NCBI GenBank assembly: GCA_963813075.1
Contig: CAWEXU010000030.1
Span: forward strand, 320,001 to 384,000
Direction: 5' to 3'
DNA: 64,000 bases
Source of the DNA: Methanotrichaceae archaeon
GTDB lineage: Archaea; Halobacteriota; Methanosarcinia; Methanotrichales; Methanotrichaceae
Below, one piece after another: positions 23,077-34,326 of this stretch (positions are counted from its first letter, which is position 1; every line of letters starts with the position of its first letter). The notes under the pieces were generated by a model. That model ran no database searches, was not told where the DNA came from, and saw only the letters and a program-made list of their open reading frames with translations. The translations under genes were made by a program, and so were the position numbers.

Positions 23077-25272
23077 TTATACGACCTTCAAGTAATCACT
23101 GGGTTTGGGCATCTCCGGCTTCAAGCCCTTTCTGGTCCTGATCTGCTTGACGGTATCCTGCAGCAGATTAGCGGGCAGGGGCTCGAATCCTGCAAACTCA
23201 GAGGACCAGAGGGCTCTTCCTTCCGTGGCCGATCTTATCGCCCCGGAGAATCCGAACATCTGAGCCACAGGCATCTTGGATTTGAGGATAACCATATCAC
23301 CCTGGCTGTCCATGCTCAGGATGACGCCTCTTCTTCCCTGGATCTCAGACATGGCTCCACCCATTTGATCCTGAGGCACCTGTATATAGACGTTCTGGAA
23401 GGGCTCAAGCAATACGGGATCTGCCATGAGAATTCCGGCCTGCACTGCCTGCCTGACTGCGGGAATGACCTGAGCCGGGCCGCGGTGCACCGCATCCTCG
23501 TGCAGCTTCACATCCATGATCTTGGCCTTTACCCCCTGGACGGGTTCCCTGCAGATGGGGCCGTTCTTCAAGGCCTCCTCGAAGCCCTCCAGGATGAGCT
23601 CCATGGTCTCTCTCAGGTACTGAATGCCCTTGGTCATATTGAGAAGGACATTGGTGCCATAGTAGCCGGAAATGTTCCTGGCCTCATCCTTGTCCATGCC
23701 CATTTCGATGAGCAGCTTTCTGCGTTCGACCTCTTCCATCTTCATGCTGATCTTGCCCTCTTTCAGGGCATCGATCACTCCGGATTCCAGAGGTTCAAAC
23801 TCGACATAGAAGCGGTTGTGGTGGTTGGGCGACTTTCCTTCCACCGGCCCCGCCCGGCCGCCTATTGATTCCCGGTATACGACAATGGGCGGAGAGGTCT
23901 TGAGCTCAACGCCGCGATCGCGCTGGAGCCTGGTGACAGTGACATCCAAATGCAATTCGCCCATGCCCGCCATGAGGTGCTCGCCGGTCTCCTCGTTGAT
24001 GGTGACCTGCAAAGTGGGGTCTTCCTTGGCGATCTGCCTCAGAACCTCCACTACCTTGGGCAGGTCGCGGGTGTTCTTGGCCTCGACCGCCACGGTCATG
24101 ACCGGCTCGGAGACGTGCTTGATCTGCTCGAAGGGGGTCATATTCTCCTCAGAGGAGATGGTGGATCCGACAATAGCATCCCGAAGACCAGTGACTGCGG
24201 CTATGTTTCCTGCCGGGATCTCCTCCACCTCAACCCTCTCCGCGCCCATGACCACACCAGTCTGCTGAATGCGGTTGGTCCCGCCGATGCCCGATACATA
24301 AAGCTCCATGCCCCGCCTGAGGGTCCCGGAGAAGAGCCGGCCTGTGGCCACTTCGCCTGCATGGGGGTCGACCTTCACCTTGTTTATCATGAAGGCCACG
24401 GGACCAGATGGATCGCAGCTGGCCATGGCCTTTCCCACCGGGCTGTCCCAGTCGCCGTGCCAGATGACTCCGACCCGTTCCTTTTGGGACTCGATGGGGC
24501 TGGGAAGGAACTTGACCACCATATCGTTGACCGCAATGTATAGGGGAACCTTCTCTGCCAGTTCCTTCATCTTTCCTTCACGGCAGTAGTCGACCACCTG
24601 ATCGAAGCCGATCCCCGTCTTCTTCATCTGAGGAACGCTTATCGCCCAGTTATAGAGAGCTGAGCCGAAAGCGATATTTCCCTTGGCTGCGTCCAGCTTC
24701 CAGCCGGCCTTATATTTCTCCTCGTCCATCCCTAAAATGAGCTTGTTGACATTGTCTATGACCTTGCCCAGCCGGGCGGCCATGTCCTTCTTCTCCACCT
24801 TGAGCTCATTTATCATCCGGTCCACCTTATTGACGAAAAGGACCGGCCGGACGCCCTCTTTCAGAGCCTGCCTGAGCACGGTCTCCGTCTGGGGCATGGC
24901 ACCCTCAACTGCGTCCACGACCACCACTGCACCGTCCACGGCGCGCATGGCTCTTGTGACGTCGCCGCCGAAGTCAACGTGGCCAGGAGTGTCAATCATA
25001 TTGATCAGATACTCTTTGCCGTCCACCTCATGGACCATGGAGACATTGGCGGCATCGATGGTGATGCCTCTTGCCTGCTCCAGGGGATCGAAATCCATGA
25101 ACAGCTGCTTTCCTGCCAGATCCATGGATATCATGCCCGCGCCGCCCAGCAGATTGTCAGAAAGGGTTGTCTTGCCGTGATCGATATGTGCCACGATTCC
25201 GATGTTCCTGATAAACATGGGTTTATCCATCAGAGTGGTCACACGTTCTGCTATCTTCTTCCTCTTGCCCAT
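23077..25272 (-). CDS. fusA: elongation factor 2
   Basis: [17 protein letters not shown], diphthamide motif HEDAVHRG. Confidence 0.99.
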   Translation of the reverse strand: MGKRKKIAERVTTLMDKPMFIRNIGIVAHIDHGKTTLSDNLLGGAGMISMDLAGKQLFMDFDPLEQARGITIDAANVSMVHEVDGKEYLINMIDTPGHVDFGGDVTRAMRAVDGAVVVVDAVEGAMPQTETVLRQALKEGVRPVLFVNKVDRMINELKVEKKDMAARLGKVIDNVNKLILGMDEEKYKAGWKLDAAKGNIAFGSALYNWAISVPQMKKTGIGFDQVVDYCREGKMKELAEKVPLYIAVNDMVVKFLPSPIESQKERVGVIWHGDWDSPVGKAMASCDPSGPVAFMINKVKVDPHAGEVATGRLFSGTLRRGMELYVSGIGGTNRIQQTGVVMGAERVEVEEIPAGNIAAVTGLRDAIVGSTISSEENMTPFEQIKHVSEPVMTVAVEAKNTRDLPKVVEVLRQIAKEDPTLQVTINEETGEHLMAGMGELHLDVTVTRLQRDRGVELKTSPPIVVYRESIGGRAGPVEGKSPNHHNRFYVEFEPLESGVIDALKEGKISMKMEEVERRKLLIEMGMDKDEARNISGYYGTNVLLNMTKGIQYLRETMELILEGFEEALKNGPICREPVQGVKAKIMDVKLHEDAVHRGPAQVIPAVRQAVQAGILMADPVLLEPFQNVYIQVPQDQMGGAMSEIQGRRGVILSMDSQGDMVILKSKMPVAQMFGFSGAIRSATEGRALWSSEFAGFEPLPANLLQDTVKQIRTRKGLKPEMPKPSDYLKVV

Positions 25273-25479
25273 AATACGCCTCGCGAAGTTTGAGATAAAT
25301 CTTATAATCCTGACTAGGACCTAGACTCCTCGGGCTCAATGTATTTAAGCCTTCGGCCCCTTCTTCGGGCGGTTTCTAAAGAGAAATATATGAGTGGCCA
25401 TTTTAGCAGATCTACTTCTTTAGCCTTCGCTGGACAAAGCTTAAATCGATGCGAACATAGCTCTGGTTCGGTTTTTACG

Positions 25480-26874
25480 ATGGCGCGCTTGGTAATGAAG
25501 TTTGGTGGTGTTTCCGTTGCTGACGGAAACCGGCTGAGGCATGTGGGCGATCTGGTGGGACATTTCAGTCGCGACAATGAGATAGTCCTCGTCACCTCTG
25601 CCCTTCAAGGGGTGACGGATGAACTTTTAGCCTGTGCCAGAAGGGCAGCCAGCGAAGGCGATGTCTCAGAGGTGATCGACTTCATGGAGAGGCTTACAGA
25701 CAGACACAACCAAGCGATAGCGGATGCAATCCGGGATCCGGCAATAGCCAAAGAGGTCCAGAACACAATATCCGAGAAGCTCTCATTGCTTGAGAAGGCC
25801 TACATCGGAATCTGCTATCTGGGTGAGCTAACCAGTCGCTCGCTGGACTATATATCCAGCTATGGCGAGCAACTGGCCGCGCCCATTCTCTCCGGGGTGC
25901 TCAGGGACATGGGCATCCCATCACAGCATTATACCGGCTCAGAGGCGGGAATTGTCACCGACAGTAAATATGGAGACTCCAGGCCCCTGGAAAAGACCTA
26001 CAGCCAGATCCCCCAAAAGCTTCTGCCTCTGAAGGGGATCCCTGTGGTCACCGGGTTCATCGCCCAGGACGAGAAGGGGACCATAACCACCCTGGGACGG
26101 GGCGGCTCCGACCTCACCGCCTCATTGATCGGAGCGGCCATCAACGCGGACGAGATATGGTTCTGGAAGGAGACCTCCGGGATCATGACCACCGATCCCA
26201 AGATCGTGCCCGAGGCCAAGACCATCCCCACCATCTCCTACCGGGAGGCAATGGAGCTCTCCTACTTCGGGGCCAAGGTTCTCCATCCCCGGGCCATTGA
26301 GCCCGCCATTAAGAAAGGGGTCCCCGTGAGGGTCAAATGCACCTTCGATCCCGAGGACCCAGGGACCCAGATTGTGAGGGACGATGTTCCCAAAGAGGAT
26401 GTGATCAAGGCGGTCACATTGCATAAGAATGTGGAGCTATTGAACATCTCCGGCGCGGGGATGATAGGAACTTTGGGCGTCGCTGCCCGCGCTTTTACCG
26501 CTCTGGCAAAAGCGGGGATCAACATAGTGATGATCAGCCAGGGCTCCTCTGAGGCCAACATATCCATGGTCATAGAAGAGGGACAGGCGGATCGAGCTGA
26601 TGAGGCGCTGCGATCCGAGTTTACCAGGGATGTGGTCAAGGAGATCTCCCATGACCATGATATCTGCGCAGTAGCGGTGACGGGCTCGGGAATGGCCGGG
26701 ACTCCTGGAGTCGCCGCCCGGGTGTTCAAGGCCATGGGTCAGGCTCGGATCAATGTGGTCATGATCAGCCAGGCATCGGGCCAGCATAACATCTCCTTCG
26801 TGGTAGCATCGGCTGATGGGGAAAGAGCGGTCAAGGAGCTTCATCGCGAGTTTGGCCTGGGCGGTGAAGCATGA
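25480..26874 (+). CDS. aspartate kinase
   Basis: VMKFGG, TTLGRGGSD, ELSYFGAKVLHP, two ACT domains. Confidence 0.96.
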   Translation: MARLVMKFGGVSVADGNRLRHVGDLVGHFSRDNEIVLVTSALQGVTDELLACARRAASEGDVSEVIDFMERLTDRHNQAIADAIRDPAIAKEVQNTISEKLSLLEKAYIGICYLGELTSRSLDYISSYGEQLAAPILSGVLRDMGIPSQHYTGSEAGIVTDSKYGDSRPLEKTYSQIPQKLLPLKGIPVVTGFIAQDEKGTITTLGRGGSDLTASLIGAAINADEIWFWKETSGIMTTDPKIVPEAKTIPTISYREAMELSYFGAKVLHPRAIEPAIKKGVPVRVKCTFDPEDPGTQIVRDDVPKEDVIKAVTLHKNVELLNISGAGMIGTLGVAARAFTALAKAGINIVMISQGSSEANISMVIEEGQADRADEALRSEFTRDVVKEISHDHDICAVAVTGSGMAGTPGVAARVFKAMGQARINVVMISQASGQHNISFVVASADGERAVKELHREFGLGGEA

Positions 26875-27866
26875 AGAAGCTCACCTATGCCGGGGCCGGG
26901 GTGGACATCAACCTGGAGAACAGATCCATCGACGCCATGAAGTCCGTCCTCACCACCAGGCGCAAGGGATTCGGTGCGCCCCTGACCGATATCGGCCACT
27001 ATGCAGGACTCCTGGATATGGGAAGCTTTGCCCTGGCCATGACCACAGACGGTGTGGGCTCAAAGGTCCTGATCGCCAATGCCATCTCCAAATGGGATAC
27101 GATTGGAATCGACTGCATCGCCATGAATGTGAACGACCTGTATGCCATCGGGGCCGAGCCCATTGCCTTTGTGGACTACCTGGCGGTGGAGAAGGTTGAC
27201 CCCGAACGCTCTGAGCAAGTCGCCATTGGTCTCGCCCGGGGGGCAGAACTCTCCAATATGACCATCGTGGGGGGAGAGACCGCCTCCCTGCCGGAGATCA
27301 TCCGGGGATTTGACCTGGCCGGAACCGCTATTGGCATCGTGGACAAGGATAAAGTGGTGACCGGGGAGAAGATCAAGAAGGGTGATGTGCTGGTGGGGGT
27401 CCCCAGCAGCGGCCTGCACAGCAACGGTTACACCCTGGCCAGGGCGATAGTGGCCCAGTCCGGGTACTCCTACACGGACCTCATGCCCGGAGGGAGGAAA
27501 AGCATAGGAGAGGAGCTTTTAGAGCCCACCAGGATCTATCATGAAGTGGTAGAGCTGGTGAAAAGGTGCAATGTACACGGGCTCGCGCACATCACCGGCT
27601 CCGGGCTTCTCAAGCTGCGCCGGATCAGCAATCTCGGATTCGAGATAACCGATCCACTTGAGCCCCAGCCTATCTACCAATTCCTCCAGGAGCAGGGCAA
27701 TGTGGAGGATCTGGAGATGTACCGGACGTTCAACATGGGAATGGGCTTTTTAGTGGTGCTGGCGGAGGAAGAAGCAAAAGAAGCCTGCCGGATCATGGGG
27801 CCCGGCTCTCGAGTCATAGGGTCGGTGGTAAAAGAAGGATTGAAAGCAGGCAGCCTGGCCTTCTAG
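26871..27866 (+). CDS. purM: phosphoribosylformylglycinamidine cyclo-ligase
   Basis: TYAGAGVD, TDGVGSK, GGETA, SSGLHSNGY, TFNMGMG. Confidence 0.97.
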   Translation: MKKLTYAGAGVDINLENRSIDAMKSVLTTRRKGFGAPLTDIGHYAGLLDMGSFALAMTTDGVGSKVLIANAISKWDTIGIDCIAMNVNDLYAIGAEPIAFVDYLAVEKVDPERSEQVAIGLARGAELSNMTIVGGETASLPEIIRGFDLAGTAIGIVDKDKVVTGEKIKKGDVLVGVPSSGLHSNGYTLARAIVAQSGYSYTDLMPGGRKSIGEELLEPTRIYHEVVELVKRCNVHGLAHITGSGLLKLRRISNLGFEITDPLEPQPIYQFLQEQGNVEDLEMYRTFNMGMGFLVVLAEEEAKEACRIMGPGSRVIGSVVKEGLKAGSLAF

Positions 27867-27914
27867 GCCTGCCTGTTTTATCTAAATCACTATCTTCCTT
27901 TCTTCTTTATTTTT

Positions 27915-28679
27915 TCACTGCTTGTTCTCGCCGAACATCTCCTCGAGCTTCTCTTTTATCTTCTGGATGGACTGGACCGCCGGGCAGTCGGCATCTATGG
28001 GAGGCTTGCCTGCCAGGTCTGCCTCCACCAGACAGCGGTCGAAGGGTATGGTTCCCAGGACCGGAATGCCCATTAGGGAGAGCTTTTCCGCTACGGGACC
28101 TGGGTCGTCCGCCTTGTTTATCACCGCGAAGTACCGAGAGATGCCGATCTCTTTGCCCAGCTGCATTATCCTCTCCACGGTCTCAATGGACCTCATCCCC
28201 GGCTCCACCACGGCGATCATGGCATCAACGCCCCTGGCAGTAGCCCGGCCCAGGTGCTCGATGCCCGCCTCCATATCCAGGATAACCAGGTCCTTCTCCC
28301 GGGTTATCACATGGCGGAGGAGGGCTTTGACGAAGGAATTGGCGGGACACATGCATCCCGAGCCGCCGGAGTCGATGGTGCCCATGACCACCAGCTTGAC
28401 GTTGTCCGGACCGGTGCAGCCGCACATAGCTACCACATCGTCAACCTTGGGATTCATCTTGAACATGCCCATGGGCATGCCCGCCCGCTCCTCAACCAGG
28501 TCCTTATGCTCGGTGACAGGCTTGGGCAGAATAGGGATGCCCAGAGCCGAGCCCAGGTTCATGCTCGGATCGGCGTCAACTGCCAGGACATTGTATCCGT
28601 CGCGCGCAAAGAGACGGGCCAGGGTCCCGGCGAGGGTGGTCTTGCCCACACCTCCTTTTCCTGAGATGGCGATTTTCAT
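27915..28679 (-). CDS. cooC: CO dehydrogenase nickel-insertion ATPase CooC/AcsF
   Basis: GKGGVGKT, GSGCMCP, DMEAGIEHLGR. Confidence 0.9.
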   Translation of the reverse strand: MKIAISGKGGVGKTTLAGTLARLFARDGYNVLAVDADPSMNLGSALGIPILPKPVTEHKDLVEERAGMPMGMFKMNPKVDDVVAMCGCTGPDNVKLVVMGTIDSGGSGCMCPANSFVKALLRHVITREKDLVILDMEAGIEHLGRATARGVDAMIAVVEPGMRSIETVERIMQLGKEIGISRYFAVINKADDPGPVAEKLSLMGIPVLGTIPFDRCLVEADLAGKPPIDADCPAVQSIQKIKEKLEEMFGENKQ

Positions 28680-28847
28680 TTCTTTAACCTCTGCAATTGT
28701 AGCCAGTCAACCTTCAAGCCTTAGAAATTTTGCGGCCATCCTCAAAGAGAATGGGGTTTATATCGATTCTGGGTGATAGTATGAGATGATGCGGATGGCC
28801 ATGATTCGATGAAACAGATGGCCAGAGGGTCCGCAGGGGGACAGGGA

Positions 28848-30878
28848 ATGATCGAGAGCATCAGAAAACGGGACGGACGGGTGATGGAGTTTATGCCCGA
28901 GAAGATTGCCCTGGCCATATCCAAGGCCTTTCGAGCCGTGGGCAGGGAGGAAGAAAATGCCCCTCTCAGGCTGGCAGAGGAAGTGGCCGAAGAGGCAGAG
29001 GAGCGATTCGCTTCCACCATCCCGGGAGTGGAGGAGATCCAGGACCTGGTGGAGAAGGCGCTCATATCCGCTGGCTACGCCGACGTGGCCAAGGCCTATA
29101 TCCTCTACCGGCAAAGGAGAGCGGAGATCAGAGAGGCCAAACGCTATCTGGGTGTGGCAGACGACCTGAAGCTCTCCCTCAATGCGCTGGAGGTGCTCAA
29201 GAAGAGGTACCTTTTGAGGGACGAGCAGGGAGTGGTGGTGGAGAGACCGGGAGAGATGTTCGCCCGCGTGGCCAGGCACGTATCCCTAGCAGAAGGGCGC
29301 TATGGCGGGGATAGCGACCACTATCAGTCCCTTTTTTTGCAGATGATGAGGAGCCTGGAATTTCTGCCCAACTCCCCCACCCTGATGAATGCCGGCTTGC
29401 CTTTAGGCCAGCTCTCAGCCTGCTTTGTCCTGCCGGTCGAGGATTCCATTCCCGGGATATTCGAGGCCCTGAAGAACATGGCCCTGATCCATCAGAGCGG
29501 CGGAGGCACCGGCTTCTCCTTCTCCCGGCTGCGGCCAAAGGACGACGTCGTCCGGGCTACGGGCGGAGTGGCCAGCGGACCGGTCTCATTCATGCGCATC
29601 TTCGATACGGCGACGGAGGTTATTAAGCAGGGCGGGCGACGCCGGGGGGCGAACATGGGAGTTCTCAGGGTTGACCATCCCGATATCATGGAGTTCGTAG
29701 AGGCCAAGGAGCGGCCGGGATTCCTGGAGAACTTCAACCTCTCTATAGCGGCGACGGACCAGTTCATGGAAAAGTCCCGCGGTGAAGGCGAGATCGACCT
29801 GGTCAATCCGCGCACAGGCCTGGCTGTGGGCAGGCTGAAAGCAAAGGAGCTTTTGGGTCTTGTCGCCACCTCCGCCTGGAGGGGAGGCGACCCGGGGATG
29901 ATCTTCATCGATCGGATCAATGCCGCCCACCCTCTGCCCGATCTGATCGAGGCCACAAACCCCTGCGGGGAGCAGCCTCTGCTGCCATACGAATCCTGCA
30001 ACCTGGGATCGATCAACCTATCCCGGCTGGTGAGAAATGGGGAGCTGGACTGGGACCGGCTGGCTGAGTTGGTCCGCCTGGGGGTGAGATTTTTGGATGA
30101 TGTCGTCGACATGAACCGCTTCCCTCTGAAAGAGATCGAAAAAATGACCCTGTCCACGAGAAAGATCGGCCTGGGAGTGATGGGATTTGCCGATATGCTC
30201 ATCGGGATGAACGTCTCCTACCGCTCCCCCCGAGCGGTGGCTCTGGCAGAGGAGGTGATGAGCTTCATCACTGAGCATGCCCGCGCCCAGTCGGCGAGCC
30301 TGGGAGAGGAGAGAGGCTCATTCCCCCGATTAGAGGAGTCGGGCCTGCGAGGCTGGAGCGCTATGAGAAATGCCACTGTGACCACCATCGCCCCCACCGG
30401 CACCATCAGCATCATCGCCGGTACGAGCAGTGGCATTGAGCCCCTCTTTGCATTGGCATTCGTGCGCCGGGTGCTGGAAGGGGCACGCCTCCTGGAGGTC
30501 TCGCCGCTCTTCGAGAAGATGGCCGGGGAAAGGGGGATTTACACCCCTGACCTGAAAGCGGAGCTGGCCCGGGTGGGCAGCGTGCAGAACAGTTCTGCAG
30601 TGCCAGAGGACTTAAAGGAGCTTTTTGTAACCGCCCTGGACATCTCCCCTCAGCAGCACGTGCGCATTCAGGCCGCCTTCCAGAAGTATACGGACAATGC
30701 CGTCTCCAAGACGGTGAACCTGCCCGCGGAGGCGACGGTAAGCGATGTGCTCGATGTCTACCATTTGGCATATGAGATGGGCTGCAAGGGGGTGACCGTC
30801 TTCAGATATGGCAGCCGAAGCCAGGTGCTCTATCTGGGAAATGGGGAGACGGTGCCCGGCTGCAAATACTGCGGTTAG
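28848..30878 (+). CDS. nrdJ: B12-dependent class II ribonucleotide reductase with ATP cone
   Basis: IRKRDGR ATP cone, PNSPTLMN, LSACF, RRGANM, TNPCGEQ, TIAPTG; no intein seen. Confidence 0.95.
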   Translation: MIESIRKRDGRVMEFMPEKIALAISKAFRAVGREEENAPLRLAEEVAEEAEERFASTIPGVEEIQDLVEKALISAGYADVAKAYILYRQRRAEIREAKRYLGVADDLKLSLNALEVLKKRYLLRDEQGVVVERPGEMFARVARHVSLAEGRYGGDSDHYQSLFLQMMRSLEFLPNSPTLMNAGLPLGQLSACFVLPVEDSIPGIFEALKNMALIHQSGGGTGFSFSRLRPKDDVVRATGGVASGPVSFMRIFDTATEVIKQGGRRRGANMGVLRVDHPDIMEFVEAKERPGFLENFNLSIAATDQFMEKSRGEGEIDLVNPRTGLAVGRLKAKELLGLVATSAWRGGDPGMIFIDRINAAHPLPDLIEATNPCGEQPLLPYESCNLGSINLSRLVRNGELDWDRLAELVRLGVRFLDDVVDMNRFPLKEIEKMTLSTRKIGLGVMGFADMLIGMNVSYRSPRAVALAEEVMSFITEHARAQSASLGEERGSFPRLEESGLRGWSAMRNATVTTIAPTGTISIIAGTSSGIEPLFALAFVRRVLEGARLLEVSPLFEKMAGERGIYTPDLKAELARVGSVQNSSAVPEDLKELFVTALDISPQQHVRIQAAFQKYTDNAVSKTVNLPAEATVSDVLDVYHLAYEMGCKGVTVFRYGSRSQVLYLGNGETVPGCKYCG

Positions 30879-30920
30879 GAGGACATCCGCCATTCTGAGG
30901 TTCAGCCCTTCCTGCCGGGA

Positions 30921-31631
30921 TCACTTCTCCATCGCTTTCTTTCTCAAATCCACTGGCATCTTCTCGATAGCATAGCGAAGAGCAGTTCGGGGCATGCGGG
31001 CCTTATTTTTCATCACATACTCGAAGACCTCATCCCGGTGAGTTTTGCTCGCCTCCTTGAGAAGCCAGCCGTATCCCTTCTGCACCATATCGTCCCGATC
31101 TTCGAAGAGTATGTCCGCGATTGTGAAGACCTCGGGCAAAAAGTCGCCCCTGCGGGCGGGCAGGATCAGGGTCACCGCCGAGGCCCGCCGCAGCCAACGA
31201 TTGCTGGACCGGGCCCAAATGAAGAGGTTCTCGATGAACTGAGGGTACAATTCGATGAAGCTTCCCAGGGTGTGATTGCACAGGGTGTCGCACTTCGCCC
31301 AGTTGTTCACATACCCCTCCAGCCAGCCCTGGAAGACGGAGAAGTCCGACGGCTCATACTGGCGGCGAAGGGTGTATGCCCACTCAAAGGCGATGAACGC
31401 CTCCTCCCCATAGTCTGAACGGAGCAGATCCTCACAGAGGGCGAAGATCTCCTCTTTGTCCCTCCCTTTTATCTCCCGGAAGTATTTGGTCGCGATCTTC
31501 CTGACCAGGCTGGATTTGACACCATGAAACTTTACCTCCTCTTTAAAGAAGCGCGATGCACTATCTCTGGTCTTCTCATCCTTTCCCTCAAGGAGCTCCT
31601 GGCGCAATCTGATCAGAACATCCCTTTCCAT
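30921..31631 (-). CDS. DNA alkylation repair protein (AlkD-like)
   Basis: NNWAKCD, RWLRR, MVQKGYGWLLKE, PRTALRYAIEK. Confidence 0.9.
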   Translation of the reverse strand: MERDVLIRLRQELLEGKDEKTRDSASRFFKEEVKFHGVKSSLVRKIATKYFREIKGRDKEEIFALCEDLLRSDYGEEAFIAFEWAYTLRRQYEPSDFSVFQGWLEGYVNNWAKCDTLCNHTLGSFIELYPQFIENLFIWARSSNRWLRRASAVTLILPARRGDFLPEVFTIADILFEDRDDMVQKGYGWLLKEASKTHRDEVFEYVMKNKARMPRTALRYAIEKMPVDLRKKAMEK

Positions 31632-31815
31632 ATCCAAACCTAGAATGGCCTCAGCCAAAAATTCTTCGCTGAATAAAGACGGCATGGAAAAGTCTAAATA
31701 TAATAAACATCTATAATCTATTTGTTAAGTAACACCAAATTAAGGATGCATGAGAGATTCGGGGACCACCTCCTCCCTGAATTTCCCAGGCAGTTTCTTG
31801 GGGAAAGCTATCCAG

Positions 31816-32046
31816 TTATGCTTTTTTCGGCTCTTCATCCATTTCGAAATCCATAGAGGCGGCCAGTTCATTGATCAAAGGCCCGAGCTTATCCTTCATA
31901 TCCGGCCTCAATTCAATCAGCTTAAAAAATATCATCATCTTGCTGGCCAGACTGATATCCTCAAGCTCTGCACCGATCCCATCCAGGGTATCATTAATCG
32001 AGATGAGAGTATCGGAAATCTCCTGCAGGACTTCAATTTGGGTCAT
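31816..32046 (-). CDS. hypothetical protein
   Basis: Acidic helical 76-aa ORF with TATA-like sequence upstream. Confidence 0.6.
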   Translation of the reverse strand: MTQIEVLQEISDTLISINDTLDGIGAELEDISLASKMMIFFKLIELRPDMKDKLGPLINELAASMDFEMDEEPKKA

Positions 32047-32106
32047 TTATCTAACACATCCCATCAGCCCTTGGATAAAGGGATAAATATAACTGTCCAT
32101 CCAGAG

Positions 32107-32814
32107 TCAAATAGCGCACCCCGCTGCAAGCTGCGGGGTATTCATTTTAAAATAAATTGACAGAGCGATCAGGATCCCAAGCAGTACGACCAAGGCCCAG
32201 ACCCGGCGATCGGCATCGAAGACCTTCTTGCCGTCCAGGGGTCCGAAGGGGAGCATATTAAAGGCCGCCAGGATCAGGTTGATGAATATGGCAAATCCCA
32301 CCACGTCCACCCAGAGGCCGCTCCCCGCCAGACCGCTCGAGCCCAGAATGAAGAATATCACCGCCAAGACGATGTTGGTCAGGGGGCCGGCTAAAGATAT
32401 GAGGAGCATCTCTCGCTTCAGTTGGCGGGCCAGCTCCTCCTGCTGGAAGGGATCGGGAACGGCAGAGCCGTCCATGCTATCTTGGATATACGCCTGGGCC
32501 GGGAGCCGGGAACGGCTTATCATCACCGCTCCTGGAGCGGCGATAAGAAAGCCGGCGAAGGCGGAGACCACCGCCAAACCCAGGCCCGCGAGATTTGCCC
32601 GGTATTCGGCCAGATAGCCAAAATGCATGGCAGTGAACTTATGAGCCAGCTCATGTAAGAGAAAGCCGCTGGCAACGCCAAGGGTGGAGATGAGGATCAT
32701 ATCCGTATCCAGTTGCCTCCCTCCGAAGAGCACCGAGAAGGCGATGATCAGAGCAATCAATGATATGACCAGATCCCTAAATTCAACCGCTTTTATGCCC
32801 AACATCATGCTCAT
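32107..32814 (-). CDS. site-2 protease family (M50) zinc metalloprotease
   Basis: HELAH, AGPLTN, FNMLPFGPLDG. Confidence 0.9.
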   Translation of the reverse strand: MSMMLGIKAVEFRDLVISLIALIIAFSVLFGGRQLDTDMILISTLGVASGFLLHELAHKFTAMHFGYLAEYRANLAGLGLAVVSAFAGFLIAAPGAVMISRSRLPAQAYIQDSMDGSAVPDPFQQEELARQLKREMLLISLAGPLTNIVLAVIFFILGSSGLAGSGLWVDVVGFAIFINLILAAFNMLPFGPLDGKKVFDADRRVWALVVLLGILIALSIYFKMNTPQLAAGCAI

Positions 32815-32865
32815 GACCTGTTGCCCCTCAGAGCTTTTGCTTTGCTTCCTTGTATTGATTGCAGT

Positions 32866-33120
32866 CTAATGGAGATCATCCTTGAATTTCTCTAGGATCT
32901 TCTCTTTCAGGCGAAGTTCATCCTCTGCGGTCAGCGGGCGCTTTGCGGACATGGCGCACCTTTTGGGCATGGGAATAAGCTCCGCCTCCAATAGATCGTA
33001 GTAGGCCTCATCAAGGTCGATCTCCCCCCTGGCATATCTAAATAGAATGGCGCTGATCCCTTCACAGCCTGGGCTTTCCTTCTTGATACTATCCAGGGCT
33101 ACAACTATCTGCTCATACAC
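32866..33120 (-). CDS. hypothetical protein
   Basis: 84-aa ORF with host-like codon usage. Confidence 0.65.
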   Translation of the reverse strand: MYEQIVVALDSIKKESPGCEGISAILFRYARGEIDLDEAYYDLLEAELIPMPKRCAMSAKRPLTAEDELRLKEKILEKFKDDLH

Positions 33121-33197
33121 GACATAGAGGTGGGTCCGGTTGATATTTATCTCTTATCAAGAAAACGATTTATACCTGGAGCCTGATCTCCCGCCTC

Positions 33198-34292
33198 ATG
33201 GGAAAAGTATTCGTGAGCCCTCTGAACTGGGGTTTGGGCCACTCCACCAGGGATATTCCCATAATTGAGGAGCTCTTCCGAAGGGGCCACGAGGTCACCA
33301 TAGGCACCAGCGGCAATGCCCTGACCCTCCTGAAGAGGGAATGCCCGGAATGCGATTTCATTACATTCAAGGACTACCCTGCTCCCTACAGCTCCACCCG
33401 ATTCTTCCTGCCCAAGTTTGCCGCCAGCATTCCCATCCTCCTGCGCGCCCTGGCCAGGGAGAGAAAAAAGCTGGACCAGATCGTGGCCGAAAATAAGTTC
33501 GACCTGATAATCAGCGACAACCGCATGGGGGTCTACAGTCACGACATTCCCAGCTACTTCATCACTCACCAGCTCCGCTTCAGCCTGCCCCAGTACCTCT
33601 ATCCCTTTGAGATGCTCACCATTCCCGCAAACAGCTTCTTTCATATCAAGTTCGACGGGGTCATAGTGCCGGATATCTATCCCTGGGGCGGCCAGCCCAA
33701 CCTGAGCGGCAAGCTCAGCCGCTCCCGGCTGGATGCCACCAACAAAAGAGCCTATTTCGCCGGAATCCTCACCAGCACCAGGAAGATGAATCTGGATGAG
33801 GATCTGGATTATCTGATCATTGTCTCCGGCCCTGAGCCCCAGAGGACCAAGCTGGAGGAGATCATCTTCCGTCAGGTGCAAAAGCTCCCCGGGGAGAAGG
33901 TGGTGCTCCTGGGAAGTCCCCAGAAGGAGAGGCATGAGAAGATAGATGAGCACACAACAGTTCACTCCTACCTGTCCACGGAAGAGAAAGTGGAGCTGAT
34001 GAACCGGGCACGCTTTCTGATTGGCAGGTCCGGCTACACCACCATGATGGAGATGGCAGAGCTGGACAAAAAGCATGGCCTGTTCACCCCCACCCCCGGC
34101 CAGACGGAGCAGGAGTATCTCTCCCGCTACTATGCCCAACAGGGATGGTTCCTCTCCCGCAGCCAGTACAAGCTCCGCCTTCCCCAGGATGTGCAGGAGG
34201 CGATGAGCTACCAGGGCTTCCCGGAGATGACCAAGACTGCAGAGAACGTGAAAAGGCTCTATGATGAGGTCTTCAAGCAGCATCTGAGCTGA
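33198..34292 (+). CDS. GT-B glycosyltransferase (GT28-like)
   Basis: LNWGLGH, SGPEPQR, RSGYTT, PTPGQTEQEY. Confidence 0.9.
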   Translation: MGKVFVSPLNWGLGHSTRDIPIIEELFRRGHEVTIGTSGNALTLLKRECPECDFITFKDYPAPYSSTRFFLPKFAASIPILLRALARERKKLDQIVAENKFDLIISDNRMGVYSHDIPSYFITHQLRFSLPQYLYPFEMLTIPANSFFHIKFDGVIVPDIYPWGGQPNLSGKLSRSRLDATNKRAYFAGILTSTRKMNLDEDLDYLIIVSGPEPQRTKLEEIIFRQVQKLPGEKVVLLGSPQKERHEKIDEHTTVHSYLSTEEKVELMNRARFLIGRSGYTTMMEMAELDKKHGLFTPTPGQTEQEYLSRYYAQQGWFLSRSQYKLRLPQDVQEAMSYQGFPEMTKTAENVKRLYDEVFKQHLS

Positions 34293-34326
34293 GATATGAT
34301 TTAACTATTTTACAGCATATAGAATA

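Noticed and set aside
28848..30878. Intein in nrdJ (also checked cdc6 and EF-2)
   Set aside because: Lengths are ordinary and motifs contiguous; no intein blocks seen.
33147..34283. 378-aa antisense ORF (and similar long shadow ORFs such as 22783-23868)
   Set aside because: Shadows of well-identified genes, expected at this GC content.
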